From: Rickettsiales bacterium
Lineage (GTDB): Bacteria; Pseudomonadota; Alphaproteobacteria; Rickettsiales; Rickettsiaceae
Length of the DNA: 64,000 bases
Direction of reading: 5' to 3'
Assembly: GCA_046348705.1 (NCBI GenBank)
Contig: JAXMDS010000004.1
Location: forward strand, 9,755-73,754
The notes under the pieces were generated by a model that saw only the letters and a list, made by a program, of their open reading frames with translations, ran no database searches and was not told where the DNA came from. A program made the translations under genes and the position numbers. Position 1 is the stretch's first letter; every line of letters begins with the position of its first letter. Positions 20,220-29,936 of the stretch are shown piece after piece.

Positions 20220-20293
20220 CATGCAGTAAGGGATTCGAACCCCTGACCCACAGCTTAGAAGGCTGTTGCTCTATCCAGCTGAGCTAACCGCAC
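20220..20293 (-). tRNA. tRNA-Arg (anticodon TCT)
   Basis: The minus strand is GTGCGGT-TA-GCTC-AGCTGGATA-GAGC-A-ACAGC-CTTCTAA-GCTGT-GGGTC-AGGGG-TTCGAAT-CCCTT-ACTGCAT-G. It folds as a cloverleaf with TCT in the anticodon loop. It is a GC-rich island in AT-rich DNA. Ends are good to +/-2 nt; CCA is not encoded. Confidence 0.85.
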
Positions 20294-20382
20294 TTAAGTA
20301 CAATAAATATTATACTATATTTTTTTAATATTGCAATAATTATAATTATTTTTTTATTTAATTTTTTCTTAGAATTATTTTT

Positions 20383-21675
20383 TTATTTAATTTTTCCTTT
20401 ATTAAAGCTAATATTAAAAACAAAAAATTTACTAGTAACTAAAATAAGCACTATAATTGGCATACTCATAATATTTAAAATAGAATAATTGCTAATTAAA
20501 TAAATTATAAATGATATTATAGAATAATAATATATAACTAAAATAGATGTAGAAATGCCTATATTATCTTTTGTTGTAAAAGCAGAAGACATGGTATTAT
20601 TTGAAATAATAGTAGCGCAAGAAGTAATTGTAAATTGCATCAGTACAGCAAAAACAATAATTAAATTAATAGATAAAAATTCTATATTTTTTAGATAAAA
20701 TAAACCAAAGCAAAATATTGCCGCTAATAATAATTCTATTTTGACTATAATTTTTATAATTTGCATTGCGTCATGTTTTTTTAACATATTTGCAGTTACT
20801 GTACCACTAATTAAAAAGCTTAAACCATTTAAGACATATAAAATACTATATTGATCTGGTTTTAATTTTAAAATATTCATATAAAAAAACGGGGACTCGT
20901 ACATTATGCCAAAAGTTGTACTACCGCAAAGACCAATAATTAAGCCCCTTAATAGAATATTTGGATCTTTTAGCATGTTAGTTGCGCTTATATAAAATAT
21001 TTTTAATTTTTCTATAAATTGATTTTTTGTTAAGCGTGATAAGTTATATTTTAAAGAATTTCTTAATTTATTATGTAGTATGATTTCGTTTTCATTTAAA
21101 TTTATATTATTTACATTTAAAGTTTCTGGTAATAAATATTTTGCAACTAGCATTGAAATTAATAAAAATACTATTATAAAATAACTTGTATCTCTCCAGC
21201 CTATAAGACTTGCAAATTGACCACCTAAAATTGGTCCTAAACAATATATTGGCACCATACCCTTTGCTGTATCTGCATACATTTTGCTTAAATCTTTTCC
21301 ACTCAATACATCTCGAGAAATACTTTGCGTTAATATACTACTAATACTTGCGCCAATACCTTGCAGACATTTTCCAATTAAAAAATATTCAAACTCATGT
21401 GAATTGCTTAAAATTAAAATTCCTAAAATTAAAATACAAAAACCTATTAAAGTACAAATTTTCCTTCCAATTATATCAGATAAAAAACCAAATATAATAA
21501 CGCCTATTACAAAGCCCATAAAATAAATAGAAGCTGCTTTTTGCATATATTGTTTTGTAATATTAAAATCATATACAATATCTAGCGCCATAGGAAAATA
21601 AATATCTTCTATAAATTTAGCAATTGCGCACATTATCACAATTACAATAAAACTGCCAAGATCAAAACTTTTCAT
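20383..21675 (-). CDS. MFS transporter (Bcr/CflA-like drug-resistance type)
   Basis: About 12 hydrophobic segments. MFS motif A is GFLSDIIGRKICTLIG between TM2 and TM3. Confidence 0.7.
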   Translation of the reverse strand: MKSFDLGSFIVIVIMCAIAKFIEDIYFPMALDIVYDFNITKQYMQKAASIYFMGFVIGVIIFGFLSDIIGRKICTLIGFCILILGILILSNSHEFEYFLIGKCLQGIGASISSILTQSISRDVLSGKDLSKMYADTAKGMVPIYCLGPILGGQFASLIGWRDTSYFIIVFLLISMLVAKYLLPETLNVNNINLNENEIILHNKLRNSLKYNLSRLTKNQFIEKLKIFYISATNMLKDPNILLRGLIIGLCGSTTFGIMYESPFFYMNILKLKPDQYSILYVLNGLSFLISGTVTANMLKKHDAMQIIKIIVKIELLLAAIFCFGLFYLKNIEFLSINLIIVFAVLMQFTITSCATIISNNTMSSAFTTKDNIGISTSILVIYYYSIISFIIYLISNYSILNIMSMPIIVLILVTSKFFVFNISFNKGKIK

Positions 21676-21881
21676 ATATAAAATTTATGAAAGCAAAAAA
21701 ATTATGTTAAATTATAGCATATAAAAATTTATCATTACTATAAATTTTTACTTTTTTATAAATTTAAATATTTTTAAAATAAATTGTATATATATTAATA
21801 AACAAATTTTATTTAAAATCAATATCTAAATAAATAAATTAATTTATTTAAAAAATAAATAAAATTATTAGTATAAAAAAA

Positions 21882-22724
21882 TTAACGTTTAACAAACGCT
21901 CTACGTTTACGACTTTTAACGTGATCAATTTTCTTAGAAAGAACCATTCTAGAATCTCTAGTTAGCATATTATTTGCTTTTAAAGTTGGACGATAATCAA
22001 GATTATATTCGCATAATGCTCTTGCTAAACCTAATTGAATTGCTCCAACTTGACCCGTTAAACCTCCTCCTAAAACTGTACATTTAATATTAAATTTTCC
22101 ATGAATATTTAATAAATCTAATATTTTTAATAATTTTACTTGATTTGTAATTCTTGTAAAATATTCTGAAACTGTTTTATTATTAATAATAAAATTACCA
22201 TTATTTGCTTCAGATTTATAGATTCTTACTTTTGCAATAGAATTTTTTCTTCTCCCTGTCCCATAAAAACCATGAATAGCTGAATCTAATTTGATTTTAA
22301 TTTTTTCAACATTAGCCTTAGGTACAATTTTTTTAACAAAAGATTTTTTTGCAAATTCTGGCTTAGTAAATTTATTATTTGTACTAAATTCTTTTTTATT
22401 TTGAAAATTAGAATTAAATTTATTATCTGTTTTATTAAAATTTTTAAAAGGTTTTTTATCAGAATCTTTATTCGTTACAAAAGAAGACTTCGGTTTAAAA
22501 ACTTTTTTTACATTATTTGTATTTGTATTATCATTATTTTTAACTTCATCTCTTTTTACAAAGCTATTAGTTTTAAAATTATTTTTTAATGCTTTATTAG
22601 TAGTATCTAGTGCTTTATTAGTAGTATCTATAGTGTCTATATTTTTTGAATATGCAGGCTTAGTTGATGAAAAATTAGATGTTTTTTTATCAGCTTGATC
22701 AGGTTTATTTTGATTTTCTTGCAT
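21882..22724 (-). CDS. rpsI: Ribosomal protein S9 with a roughly 150-aa basic Lys/Asn-rich N-terminal extension
   Basis: The C-terminal 130 aa is canonical S9: GTGRRKNSIAKVRIY, GGGLTGQVGAIQLGLARAL, LTRDSRMVLSKKIDHVKSRKRRAFVKR. The N-terminal half is low complexity (DTTNKAL x2). Confidence 0.9.
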   Translation of the reverse strand: MQENQNKPDQADKKTSNFSSTKPAYSKNIDTIDTTNKALDTTNKALKNNFKTNSFVKRDEVKNNDNTNTNNVKKVFKPKSSFVTNKDSDKKPFKNFNKTDNKFNSNFQNKKEFSTNNKFTKPEFAKKSFVKKIVPKANVEKIKIKLDSAIHGFYGTGRRKNSIAKVRIYKSEANNGNFIINNKTVSEYFTRITNQVKLLKILDLLNIHGKFNIKCTVLGGGLTGQVGAIQLGLARALCEYNLDYRPTLKANNMLTRDSRMVLSKKIDHVKSRKRRAFVKR

Positions 22725-22974
22725 TGTTAAATTTTTTTATATAAATTAAATATCTATTAAATCATATCATAATTTTTTATATAAATAAAGTTTATTTAAT
22801 TATTTTTTTATTTATTTTAGATATTTTTTCATTAAGCTTAATTAAAAAATATAAATTTAACAATATATTTAAATACATATATTTTTAATTTTTATAAAAT
22901 TTTATTATAAATATGTTTACTTTTAATTTATTTAATGTATAATATTTTTTATACAATTTAATTTTTTTAAAATT

Positions 22975-23346
22975 ATGTCAATATCTAAAATTACTGATGA
23001 GTTAAGTGGATTAACAGTTTTACAAATTATAGAATTAAAAAAAGCTTTAGAAGATAAATGGGGTGTAAAAGCTTCCAGTGGCGCTGTAATGATGAGTGCG
23101 GCTCCAGTAGCGACTGCAGCTGCAGCTGAAGAGCAAACTTCTTTTAATGTAATTATTAAAGATGCAGGAGCAAATAAGATTAATGTTATTAAGGTTATCA
23201 GAGAAGTAACTGGTCTTGGATTAAAAGAGGCGAAAGATTTATCTGAAAAAGCTGATGGTATTGTAAAAGAAGATTTAAATAAAGCAGATGCTAATTCTTT
23301 AAAAGCAAAATTAGAAGAAGCGGGTGCTAAAATTGAATTAAAATAA
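22975..23346 (+). CDS. rplL: Ribosomal protein L7/L12
   Basis: Ala-rich hinge [13 protein letters not shown]-terminal domain: [22 protein letters not shown]...[15 protein letters not shown]. Confidence 0.95.
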   Translation: MSISKITDELSGLTVLQIIELKKALEDKWGVKASSGAVMMSAAPVATAAAAEEQTSFNVIIKDAGANKINVIKVIREVTGLGLKEAKDLSEKADGIVKEDLNKADANSLKAKLEEAGAKIELK

Positions 23347-23403
23347 TTATTTATAGTTATTTTAATTCAAAACAAATTTTATAAATAAAAAATTATTTCT
23401 TTT

Positions 23404-23829
23404 ATGGGACCAAGTCAAACAAAATATCGTAAGCAATTTAAAGGTAGAGTTCGTACTAATTTAACAAAAGGAGGCGATTATCTTTCATTTGGTAGTTATG
23501 GATTAAAATCTTTAGATGGCTTTAGAGCAACTCCAAATCAATTAGAATCTGCTAGAAAAGCAATGGCAAGATGTATGAAAAGAGAAGGTAAAATATGGAT
23601 TAGAATTTTTCCAGATATTCCAGTTTCTAAAAAACCGGCAGAGGTTAGAATGGGTAAAGGTAAAGGTTCTGTAGAATATTATTGTTTTAGAGTTTCTCCT
23701 GGTAGAATTTTAATAGAATTAGAAGGAATTACAGAAGAAATTGCATATAATGCATTACAACTTGCTTCTAGTAAACTTCCAGGTAGAATGAAAATTATTA
23801 AAAGATTAGATATGAATACTAGTTTATAG
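23404..23829 (+). CDS. rplP: Ribosomal protein L16
   Basis: TKYRKQFKGR, SARKAMARCMKREGKIWIRIFPDIPVSKKPAEVRMGKGKGSVEYYCFRVSPGRIL. Confidence 0.95.
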   Translation: MGPSQTKYRKQFKGRVRTNLTKGGDYLSFGSYGLKSLDGFRATPNQLESARKAMARCMKREGKIWIRIFPDIPVSKKPAEVRMGKGKGSVEYYCFRVSPGRILIELEGITEEIAYNALQLASSKLPGRMKIIKRLDMNTSL

Positions 23830-24114
23830 TATTTTTATAATATTTCTTTTTTTATTAATTAAATTTAATAATAAAATTATTTTTTAGATTTATATTTATA
23901 ATTTTAAAATTATAATTTTATTTATTTTATATTTTAATGAATTAATTATAATATTTGTAATTAATTTTATTTATATTTGTATTATAGTATATATAAAAAT
24001 AATAGTTATCATTGTAAATTGTTGTATGAATATACATTAAAATTTATATTAGTAATTTTAATATTTTTATAATATTTTAGATTTTTTTTAATACCAAAAA
24101 TTCAATTTAATTAA

Positions 24115-25719
24115 TTATAAATTTTTATCTTCAGATTGTATTATTTTATTTTTTGATTCTATTATTTTTTCTTTATGTGATATTTTTTTATTTTTCATCT
24201 TTTTATTATGCATTATCTTAGATATTATTGACTCTTTCTTTCTTTTTGTGCTTAATTCTGATTTTTCTTTATTTTCGAAATCTGAGTCTTGAGAGCTAGA
24301 TCTTACTCTTGATGCAAATGATACTTTTTTATTATCCTTATTTTTATTATCAAGAATTATTTTATATAATATTGGCTCTTTTTCCCCTTTTATGCTTAGT
24401 TTCGATTTTGCTTTATTTTCGAAATCTGAGTCTTGAGAGCTAGATCTTACTCTTGATGCAAATGATATTTTTTTAAGTTCTTTTGAGGTATTGGGTTTTT
24501 TTATAGAAGTTAATGAAACATTATTAGTTGTTGCAATATCAGATAATAAATCATTTTCTGATGAGCTATTTCTTGATAATAAATCATTTTCTAATGAACT
24601 ATTAATTGAATAATTTGTTGAAATGTCTAAATTACTAATTTGATCACCTTCCATAGCTGTGTCATTATCTTCATTTTTAATAATTTTATTATTTTGTTCT
24701 TCTGTAATTTCTAATTCTTTATTTTGTTCTTGTAACTTATTATTTTGCTCTTGTAATTCTTTATTGTTAATACTTTTTTGTAGAAATATTTTTTTAATAT
24801 TTTCTAAAATAATATCAGCTTTTTCTTCTATTTTTTTAATATTATTTTCTTGTTGTTCTCTATTTTTTTGAGAATCATCTTTTAAGAATCCGATTGATTG
24901 AAGTATATATATCAATAAATTGCCTAATAATCCCTTTGATTCTCCTTTAGTATCTCGATTATCTTTTAAAAGTTTTTCTTTTTCTTTAAAAAATTCATCT
25001 AAATTTTTTTCTATACTTGAACTTAGTTTAATATTTGTTAATTCTTTTTTTAAACTGTTTAGTTTAGTTAGAAATTTATCTGCTATTTCTCTTTTCTCTT
25101 TTTCGATATTTGCTTCTGTTTGTGTACTCTGAGATTTTATTTTAAAAAAATACATTTCATCAAATGTTTCTAATTCTTTAACTGCTTTTTTAGTATGTTG
25201 CTCTATATCTTTTTTAATTTTTTCAATTTCTTCTAATATCTCAATATTATTTATATTTTTACTTATATCGATAAACTTTTTTGATATTGATATTGTATTA
25301 TTAATTATTTCTAATATTTTTTTAGTTTCATTATTAGTAATTATTTTTTCTTGTTGAATTGCATTTTGAATTGCATTTTTAATATCATATACTTGATTTT
25401 CAATTTTTTTAAGATAATCTACTTCTACTAAATTATCTTTTTTATAATTTTGTAAGTTTAATATCATTTCTTGAAGACTTTTTAATCCAGGTTTTAATTG
25501 GTTAGTTAAATCTGCATTTTGCAATTTAAAAAAAGAAATATAACTATCTATTGGTTTTAAATTAGGATTAACATTTCGATTTTCATCTAAATATTGTTTA
25601 GCTTCTAAGATATTAATTTGACTATTTTTTAATTCATTTAAATATTTATTTTGTAATTTAATCATTTCTGATTTGTTAATATTTAAATGATCTATTTGAT
25701 TATTTTCTTGTTTTGACAT
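24115..25719 (-). CDS. Orphan 534-aa coiled-coil-type protein with central hydrophobic patch and C-terminal 48-aa repeats
   Basis: Long ORF with heptad-like Lys/Glu/Asn/Ile composition. It has a hydrophobic patch GLLGNLLIYILQSIGFL. The C-terminal repeat is SFASRVRSSSQDSDFENK.KS.LS x2. Confidence 0.55.
   Translation of the reverse strand: MSKQENNQIDHLNINKSEMIKLQNKYLNELKNSQINILEAKQYLDENRNVNPNLKPIDSYISFFKLQNADLTNQLKPGLKSLQEMILNLQNYKKDNLVEVDYLKKIENQVYDIKNAIQNAIQQEKIITNNETKKILEIINNTISISKKFIDISKNINNIEILEEIEKIKKDIEQHTKKAVKELETFDEMYFFKIKSQSTQTEANIEKEKREIADKFLTKLNSLKKELTNIKLSSSIEKNLDEFFKEKEKLLKDNRDTKGESKGLLGNLLIYILQSIGFLKDDSQKNREQQENNIKKIEEKADIILENIKKIFLQKSINNKELQEQNNKLQEQNKELEITEEQNNKIIKNEDNDTAMEGDQISNLDISTNYSINSSLENDLLSRNSSSENDLLSDIATTNNVSLTSIKKPNTSKELKKISFASRVRSSSQDSDFENKAKSKLSIKGEKEPILYKIILDNKNKDNKKVSFASRVRSSSQDSDFENKEKSELSTKRKKESIISKIMHNKKMKNKKISHKEKIIESKNKIIQSEDKNL
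24251..24477. repeat. 144-bp in-frame tandem repeat (1.6 units) at the 3' end of ORF 24115..25719
   Basis: ATTTTCGAAATCTGAGTCTTGAGAGCTAGATCTTACTCTTGATGCAAATGATA occurs at 24271 and again at 24415. Confidence 0.85.
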
Positions 25720-25769
25720 ATTATTACTATTATTTAATTAATTTTATTTTTAAAATTATTTTTATACTA

Positions 25770-26264
25770 TTATTTAATTAGATTATTATCTTGATTTTTA
25801 TAATTGAATTTTACTTTTAAAGTAGATATTATATTATTAAGTAATTTTTTAATTTTAATTACTACTATATTAAAATTAATTTTTGTTTTTGATGTATTAT
25901 CAAGTAAATTTTCGATGATTTTATCGTATTCTTTTTTATTATTGTTAATTTTTTCAAGATCTTTTTGATCAATTAAAGCATCACTGCAAATAATTTCATA
26001 ATAATTATTTGGATATTTTTCCTGAATAAAATTATTATAATCTTTATTAATATTTTTTATATTATCAATACATTTATTAAAATCATTTTGATATTCTAAA
26101 ATTATTCTAATATTTTTATTATCAATATTATTCTCAATTTGCTTTAATTCTTTTGTTGCTGTTACTATTGTTTGAAAATTATTTTTTAATATTTCTAATT
26201 TATCAATATTTTCTTTTATTAAATTTTCATATTTATCTTTAATATCTTTGCTCATAATAATCAT
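25770..26264 (-). CDS. Orphan 164-aa helical protein immediately upstream of, and co-directional with, ORF 24115..25719
   Basis: ORF only, 50-bp gap to the next gene, Asn/Lys/Ile-rich, no motif recognised. Confidence 0.4.
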   Translation of the reverse strand: MIIMSKDIKDKYENLIKENIDKLEILKNNFQTIVTATKELKQIENNIDNKNIRIILEYQNDFNKCIDNIKNINKDYNNFIQEKYPNNYYEIICSDALIDQKDLEKINNNKKEYDKIIENLLDNTSKTKINFNIVVIKIKKLLNNIISTLKVKFNYKNQDNNLIK

Positions 26265-26452
26265 TATTCATTACCACTGTTAATTATATCATGCTATATT
26301 AATATATATAAGTATAAATTAGCTGAATAATAAAATTATTAAATAATGTAATTTATCAAATACATTACTTATTTTAATGTAAAAAACTTTAAAAAAATTA
26401 AATATTTTTTTAAAATAAATTAAAGATTGTTTTTTTGTTTTAATATTTAATA

Positions 26453-27412
26453 TTAATTATTTTCTTTTAAAATATGATTAATTGCTTTTTGAGTCAATAT
26501 TCTTCCTTTTGAAGTTTTGTTTAAAAAGCCTATTTGAATTAAATAAGGCTCTATTGTGTCTTCTATAGTATCTTTCTTTTCCAATATACCACTTGCTATT
26601 GTATCTATTCCTACTGCTTGATTATAATAATTATTAATTATAAAATTTAAATAACGATGATCATTATCATCAAGTCCATATGTATCTATTTTAATTTTTT
26701 CTAGCACTAATAATGTAAAATCTTTTTCTAAAATTTTATTATTTTCCATCTCTATAAAATCTCTTACTCTTTTTAAAATTCTAATTGCAATTCTTGGTGT
26801 ACCACGTGATCTTATTGCAATTTCAGCTAAAGCTTCATCTTTTGCATTTAATAATAATAAATTAGCAGCCCTTTTTAATATATCAGTTAATTCATGAATA
26901 TTATACATCTCTAGCCTATGCATAATACCAAATCTATCACGTAATGGAGCGCTTAGTAGCCCTAGTCTAGTTGTGGCACCTATTAATGTAAATTTAGCCA
27001 ATTGCACACGTACAGTTTTAGCTCCTGAACCTACCCCTATCATAATATCTAATGCAAAATCTTCCATTGCTGTATATAGAATTTCTTCTACTGCTATAGG
27101 AAGCCTATGAATTTCATCAATAAATAATATGTCTCCTTTTTTTAAATTAGTTAAAATTGCATTAACATCAGCCGCTTTTGAAAGCGCTGGGCCTGAAGTA
27201 ATTTTGATATTTGATTGCATTTCTTTTGCAATAATAAAAGATAAAGTAGTTTTACCAAGTCCTGGTGGCCCATAAAATAAAATATGATCTAAACTTTCTT
27301 GACGATTTTTTGCTGCATCGATAAAAATTTGTAAATTTGTTTTTAAATTTGTTTGACCGATAAATTCATCTAATAATTTTGGTCTTATAGTTTCTTCTTT
27401 AGTATGTTGCAT
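26453..27412 (-). CDS. ruvB: Holliday junction helicase RuvB
   Basis: RPKLLDEFIGQ, GPPGLGKTTLS (Walker A), ILFIDEIHRL (Walker B), TLIGATTRLGLLSAPLRDRFG, RGTPRIAIRILKRVRD. Confidence 0.95.
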   Translation of the reverse strand: MQHTKEETIRPKLLDEFIGQTNLKTNLQIFIDAAKNRQESLDHILFYGPPGLGKTTLSFIIAKEMQSNIKITSGPALSKAADVNAILTNLKKGDILFIDEIHRLPIAVEEILYTAMEDFALDIMIGVGSGAKTVRVQLAKFTLIGATTRLGLLSAPLRDRFGIMHRLEMYNIHELTDILKRAANLLLLNAKDEALAEIAIRSRGTPRIAIRILKRVRDFIEMENNKILEKDFTLLVLEKIKIDTYGLDDNDHRYLNFIINNYYNQAVGIDTIASGILEKKDTIEDTIEPYLIQIGFLNKTSKGRILTQKAINHILKENN

Positions 27413-27552
27413 ATATTTAATTTATTTTATATCTTATAGTTTCTTTTTTATTTAATTTCATATATTTATTTAATTTATTTTAAATCTTATATTTTCTTTC
27501 ATATTTTATATATCTATCATATTTTATATATCTATTTTATTATTTAATTTTT

Positions 27553-28341
27553 CTAGTTATTTATATTAAAATTTTGTATTTTATTTTGCATCTTTAGTCC
27601 ATAATAAGCAGTAATTGGAATGCTTAAAAAATATAATATAATTAAACTTATCATAACATGCCATAAAAATAATATAATGCAAATTGTTAGCATAAATAGT
27701 AATAGAAAAATAGGTTTTATATATTCATGTTTAATTGATATATTTTTTAATGAAATAGTAGGAATACGACTAACACTTAAAAAACTAACAAATAAAATAT
27801 AACATATATATAAATTTAAACTAAAGTTAAATTGCTCATATGTATTAATAGTAAAACTTAGAATAATAGGAAATAAAAATAACATTGCTCCACAAGGCGC
27901 AGGCACCCCTATAGAAAATTTTTTATAATAATCAAGCTGATTATTTGTTGTATTAAACCTCGCTAATCTAATTGCCATACACATACAAAATAGCAAAATT
28001 ACAGACCATACAAAAATAGAATGTTCAATACTATAATAATTTAAAATCCATAAATAAGTTAATAAACTTGGCGCAATACCAAAATTTACAAAATCACATA
28101 GTGAATCTAATTCTGCCCCAAATGCAGAATCGGCAGATAATATTCTAGCCAGCCTACCATCTATTCCATCTAAAATTCCTGAAATTAAAATCATAATAAT
28201 TGCTGTTTGCCATATATTTTGCATCGAATATAAAATAGAAGTAATACCAATTCCTAGCGAACATAATGTGACCATGTTTGGCAATATACGCCATAATTTA
28301 ATATAGTTACTGTCTTTTTTTTTAATATTAAATTTTAACAT
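27553..28341 (-). CDS. pssA: CDP-diacylglycerol--serine O-phosphatidyltransferase (CDP-alcohol phosphatidyltransferase family)
   Basis: DGIDGRLARILSADSAFGAELDSLCD matches D(x)2DG(x)2AR(x)8G(x)3D(x)3D. The protein is polytopic in the membrane. Confidence 0.8.
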   Translation of the reverse strand: MLKFNIKKKDSNYIKLWRILPNMVTLCSLGIGITSILYSMQNIWQTAIIMILISGILDGIDGRLARILSADSAFGAELDSLCDFVNFGIAPSLLTYLWILNYYSIEHSIFVWSVILLFCMCMAIRLARFNTTNNQLDYYKKFSIGVPAPCGAMLFLFPIILSFTINTYEQFNFSLNLYICYILFVSFLSVSRIPTISLKNISIKHEYIKPIFLLLFMLTICIILFLWHVMISLIILYFLSIPITAYYGLKMQNKIQNFNINN

Positions 28342-28406
28342 AATTATTTAACATAATTTTAATTATATAGTATATTAAAGTATTAATAAAATTAGCAAAA
28401 TAAATT

Positions 28407-29249
28407 ATGGAAAATATCTTATATGTTAAAGAAAACACTAATAAAATTAAGAAATTATTAAATACACTATATATTCAAGGTATCACTGGTAAGGTTGGCC
28501 AGTTATTAAATAACCACGCAAAAGATTATGGCTTTGAAGTTATTAACTATAAAGATTTTTTGAATGAAACAAGTGACTGTAAAGACTTTTTTAATATAAG
28601 TAGGAGCTCATTAGAAAATAAATCTAAACTTAATTTTACATCCAAATTTGACATTTCAACTGAAGAAATAAATCAAGCTACTAATAGAAACTTCAAAATA
28701 AATAATGCAGCGATTAATAATGCTGATGTGATTATTGATTTTTCTCATCCTGAATCGATAGATTATTTTTTGAAATTAGATCTTAAAAATAAAGTTATTG
28801 TATGCGGTACTACAGGAGCAAATAATTTAGAAGAATATTTTAATAAATTGCAAAAATTAAGCAAACAAAATAAAGTATTTTATTCTAGCAATATGAGTAA
28901 AGGAATTTTCATATTAAAGAAAATATTAGAATATTATTTAGAGTTTAATACTAATATACAACCAAATATTTTAGATATTCATCACATGCATAAAAAAGAT
29001 TCTCCCTCTGGCACTGCTAAGTTATTAGGTAACTTATTTAAAAATCCAACATATGAAAGCAAAAGAGTTGGAACCGAAATTGGAACTCATCAAATTACTT
29101 TTGCAAATGAAATTGAAGAAATATCTTTTATTCATAAAACAAAAGATAGAAGCATATATGCAACTGCAGCACTTGAAATTGCAAAATGGCTATTAAAAAA
29201 AGAATCTAAAGGTTTTTATAGTATGGATGATTATTTTCAAAATAAATAA
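28407..29249 (+). CDS. dapB: 4-hydroxy-tetrahydrodipicolinate reductase with Asn-rich insertion
   Basis: GITGKVGQ (dinucleotide fold), DVIIDFSHPES, VCGTTG, SSNMSKGIFIL, DIHHMHKKDSPSGTA. Confidence 0.75.
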   Translation: MENILYVKENTNKIKKLLNTLYIQGITGKVGQLLNNHAKDYGFEVINYKDFLNETSDCKDFFNISRSSLENKSKLNFTSKFDISTEEINQATNRNFKINNAAINNADVIIDFSHPESIDYFLKLDLKNKVIVCGTTGANNLEEYFNKLQKLSKQNKVFYSSNMSKGIFILKKILEYYLEFNTNIQPNILDIHHMHKKDSPSGTAKLLGNLFKNPTYESKRVGTEIGTHQITFANEIEEISFIHKTKDRSIYATAALEIAKWLLKKESKGFYSMDDYFQNK

Positions 29250-29341
29250 AATTTAAAATGAATACTATATTAAATTATAAATAACTATTTTGATAATAAA
29301 AATTAATTTTAAAACAATATAATGAATTATGAAATTTTTAA

Positions 29342-29674
29342 TCAAATTAACTTAAACCTAGGAAGTTTAAGATTACTAGTAATTGCTTTATTTACTTTTT
29401 TTAATATCTCTTTCATTTTAAAAGATTCTTTTAATTTATTAGTGTTTTTTGCTGTTGTTATAAGTTCTTTTATATTTTGAATAAGAGTTGAATTATAATT
29501 ATTCATATTTGTTTGAATATCAACAAAATCATTTGTTAAAATTTTATCTTTAGGAATTTTACCAATAAATTTTTCTTTATTAAGTGTATTTAATTTATTT
29601 TTTAATTCATTCATATCATTATTTAAATTATTGCTAATTTTTTGAATTTCATATATATTTGTTCTATTATGCAT
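29342..29674 (-). CDS. Orphan 110-aa helical protein
   Basis: ORF only, Asn/Lys-rich, no motif recognised. Confidence 0.35.
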   Translation of the reverse strand: MHNRTNIYEIQKISNNLNNDMNELKNKLNTLNKEKFIGKIPKDKILTNDFVDIQTNMNNYNSTLIQNIKELITTAKNTNKLKESFKMKEILKKVNKAITSNLKLPRFKLI

Positions 29675-29936
29675 ATCTAAAGATTTTATATTTAATTACT
29701 AATTGGTTGATTATAATATGTTTTCATAAAATTATTTTAGATTAATTATTCATTATATTATAGTAAATAAATATATTATTTATTTACATTTATTTAATAA
29801 ATATATAAATTATTAATATTAGTGACATTTATTTAATAGCATAATAATTATTGCTTATTTTGTATATTTAAATAACACTTTAAAATAATTAAAATTTATA
29901 TTTGCAACTTTATTTATATAAGATATAATCTTATAA

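Noticed and set aside
20202-20222. Longer rplI start (MYIIYNF...) as given in the ORF track
   Set aside because: It would overlap the 3' end of tRNA-Arg. The conserved L9 N-terminus begins at MQVILL.
23897-23914. 18-bp perfect palindrome TATAATTTTAAAATTATA downstream of rplP, as a terminator
   Set aside because: It is AT-only with no loop and no flanking T-run asymmetry. Such palindromes are frequent by chance here.
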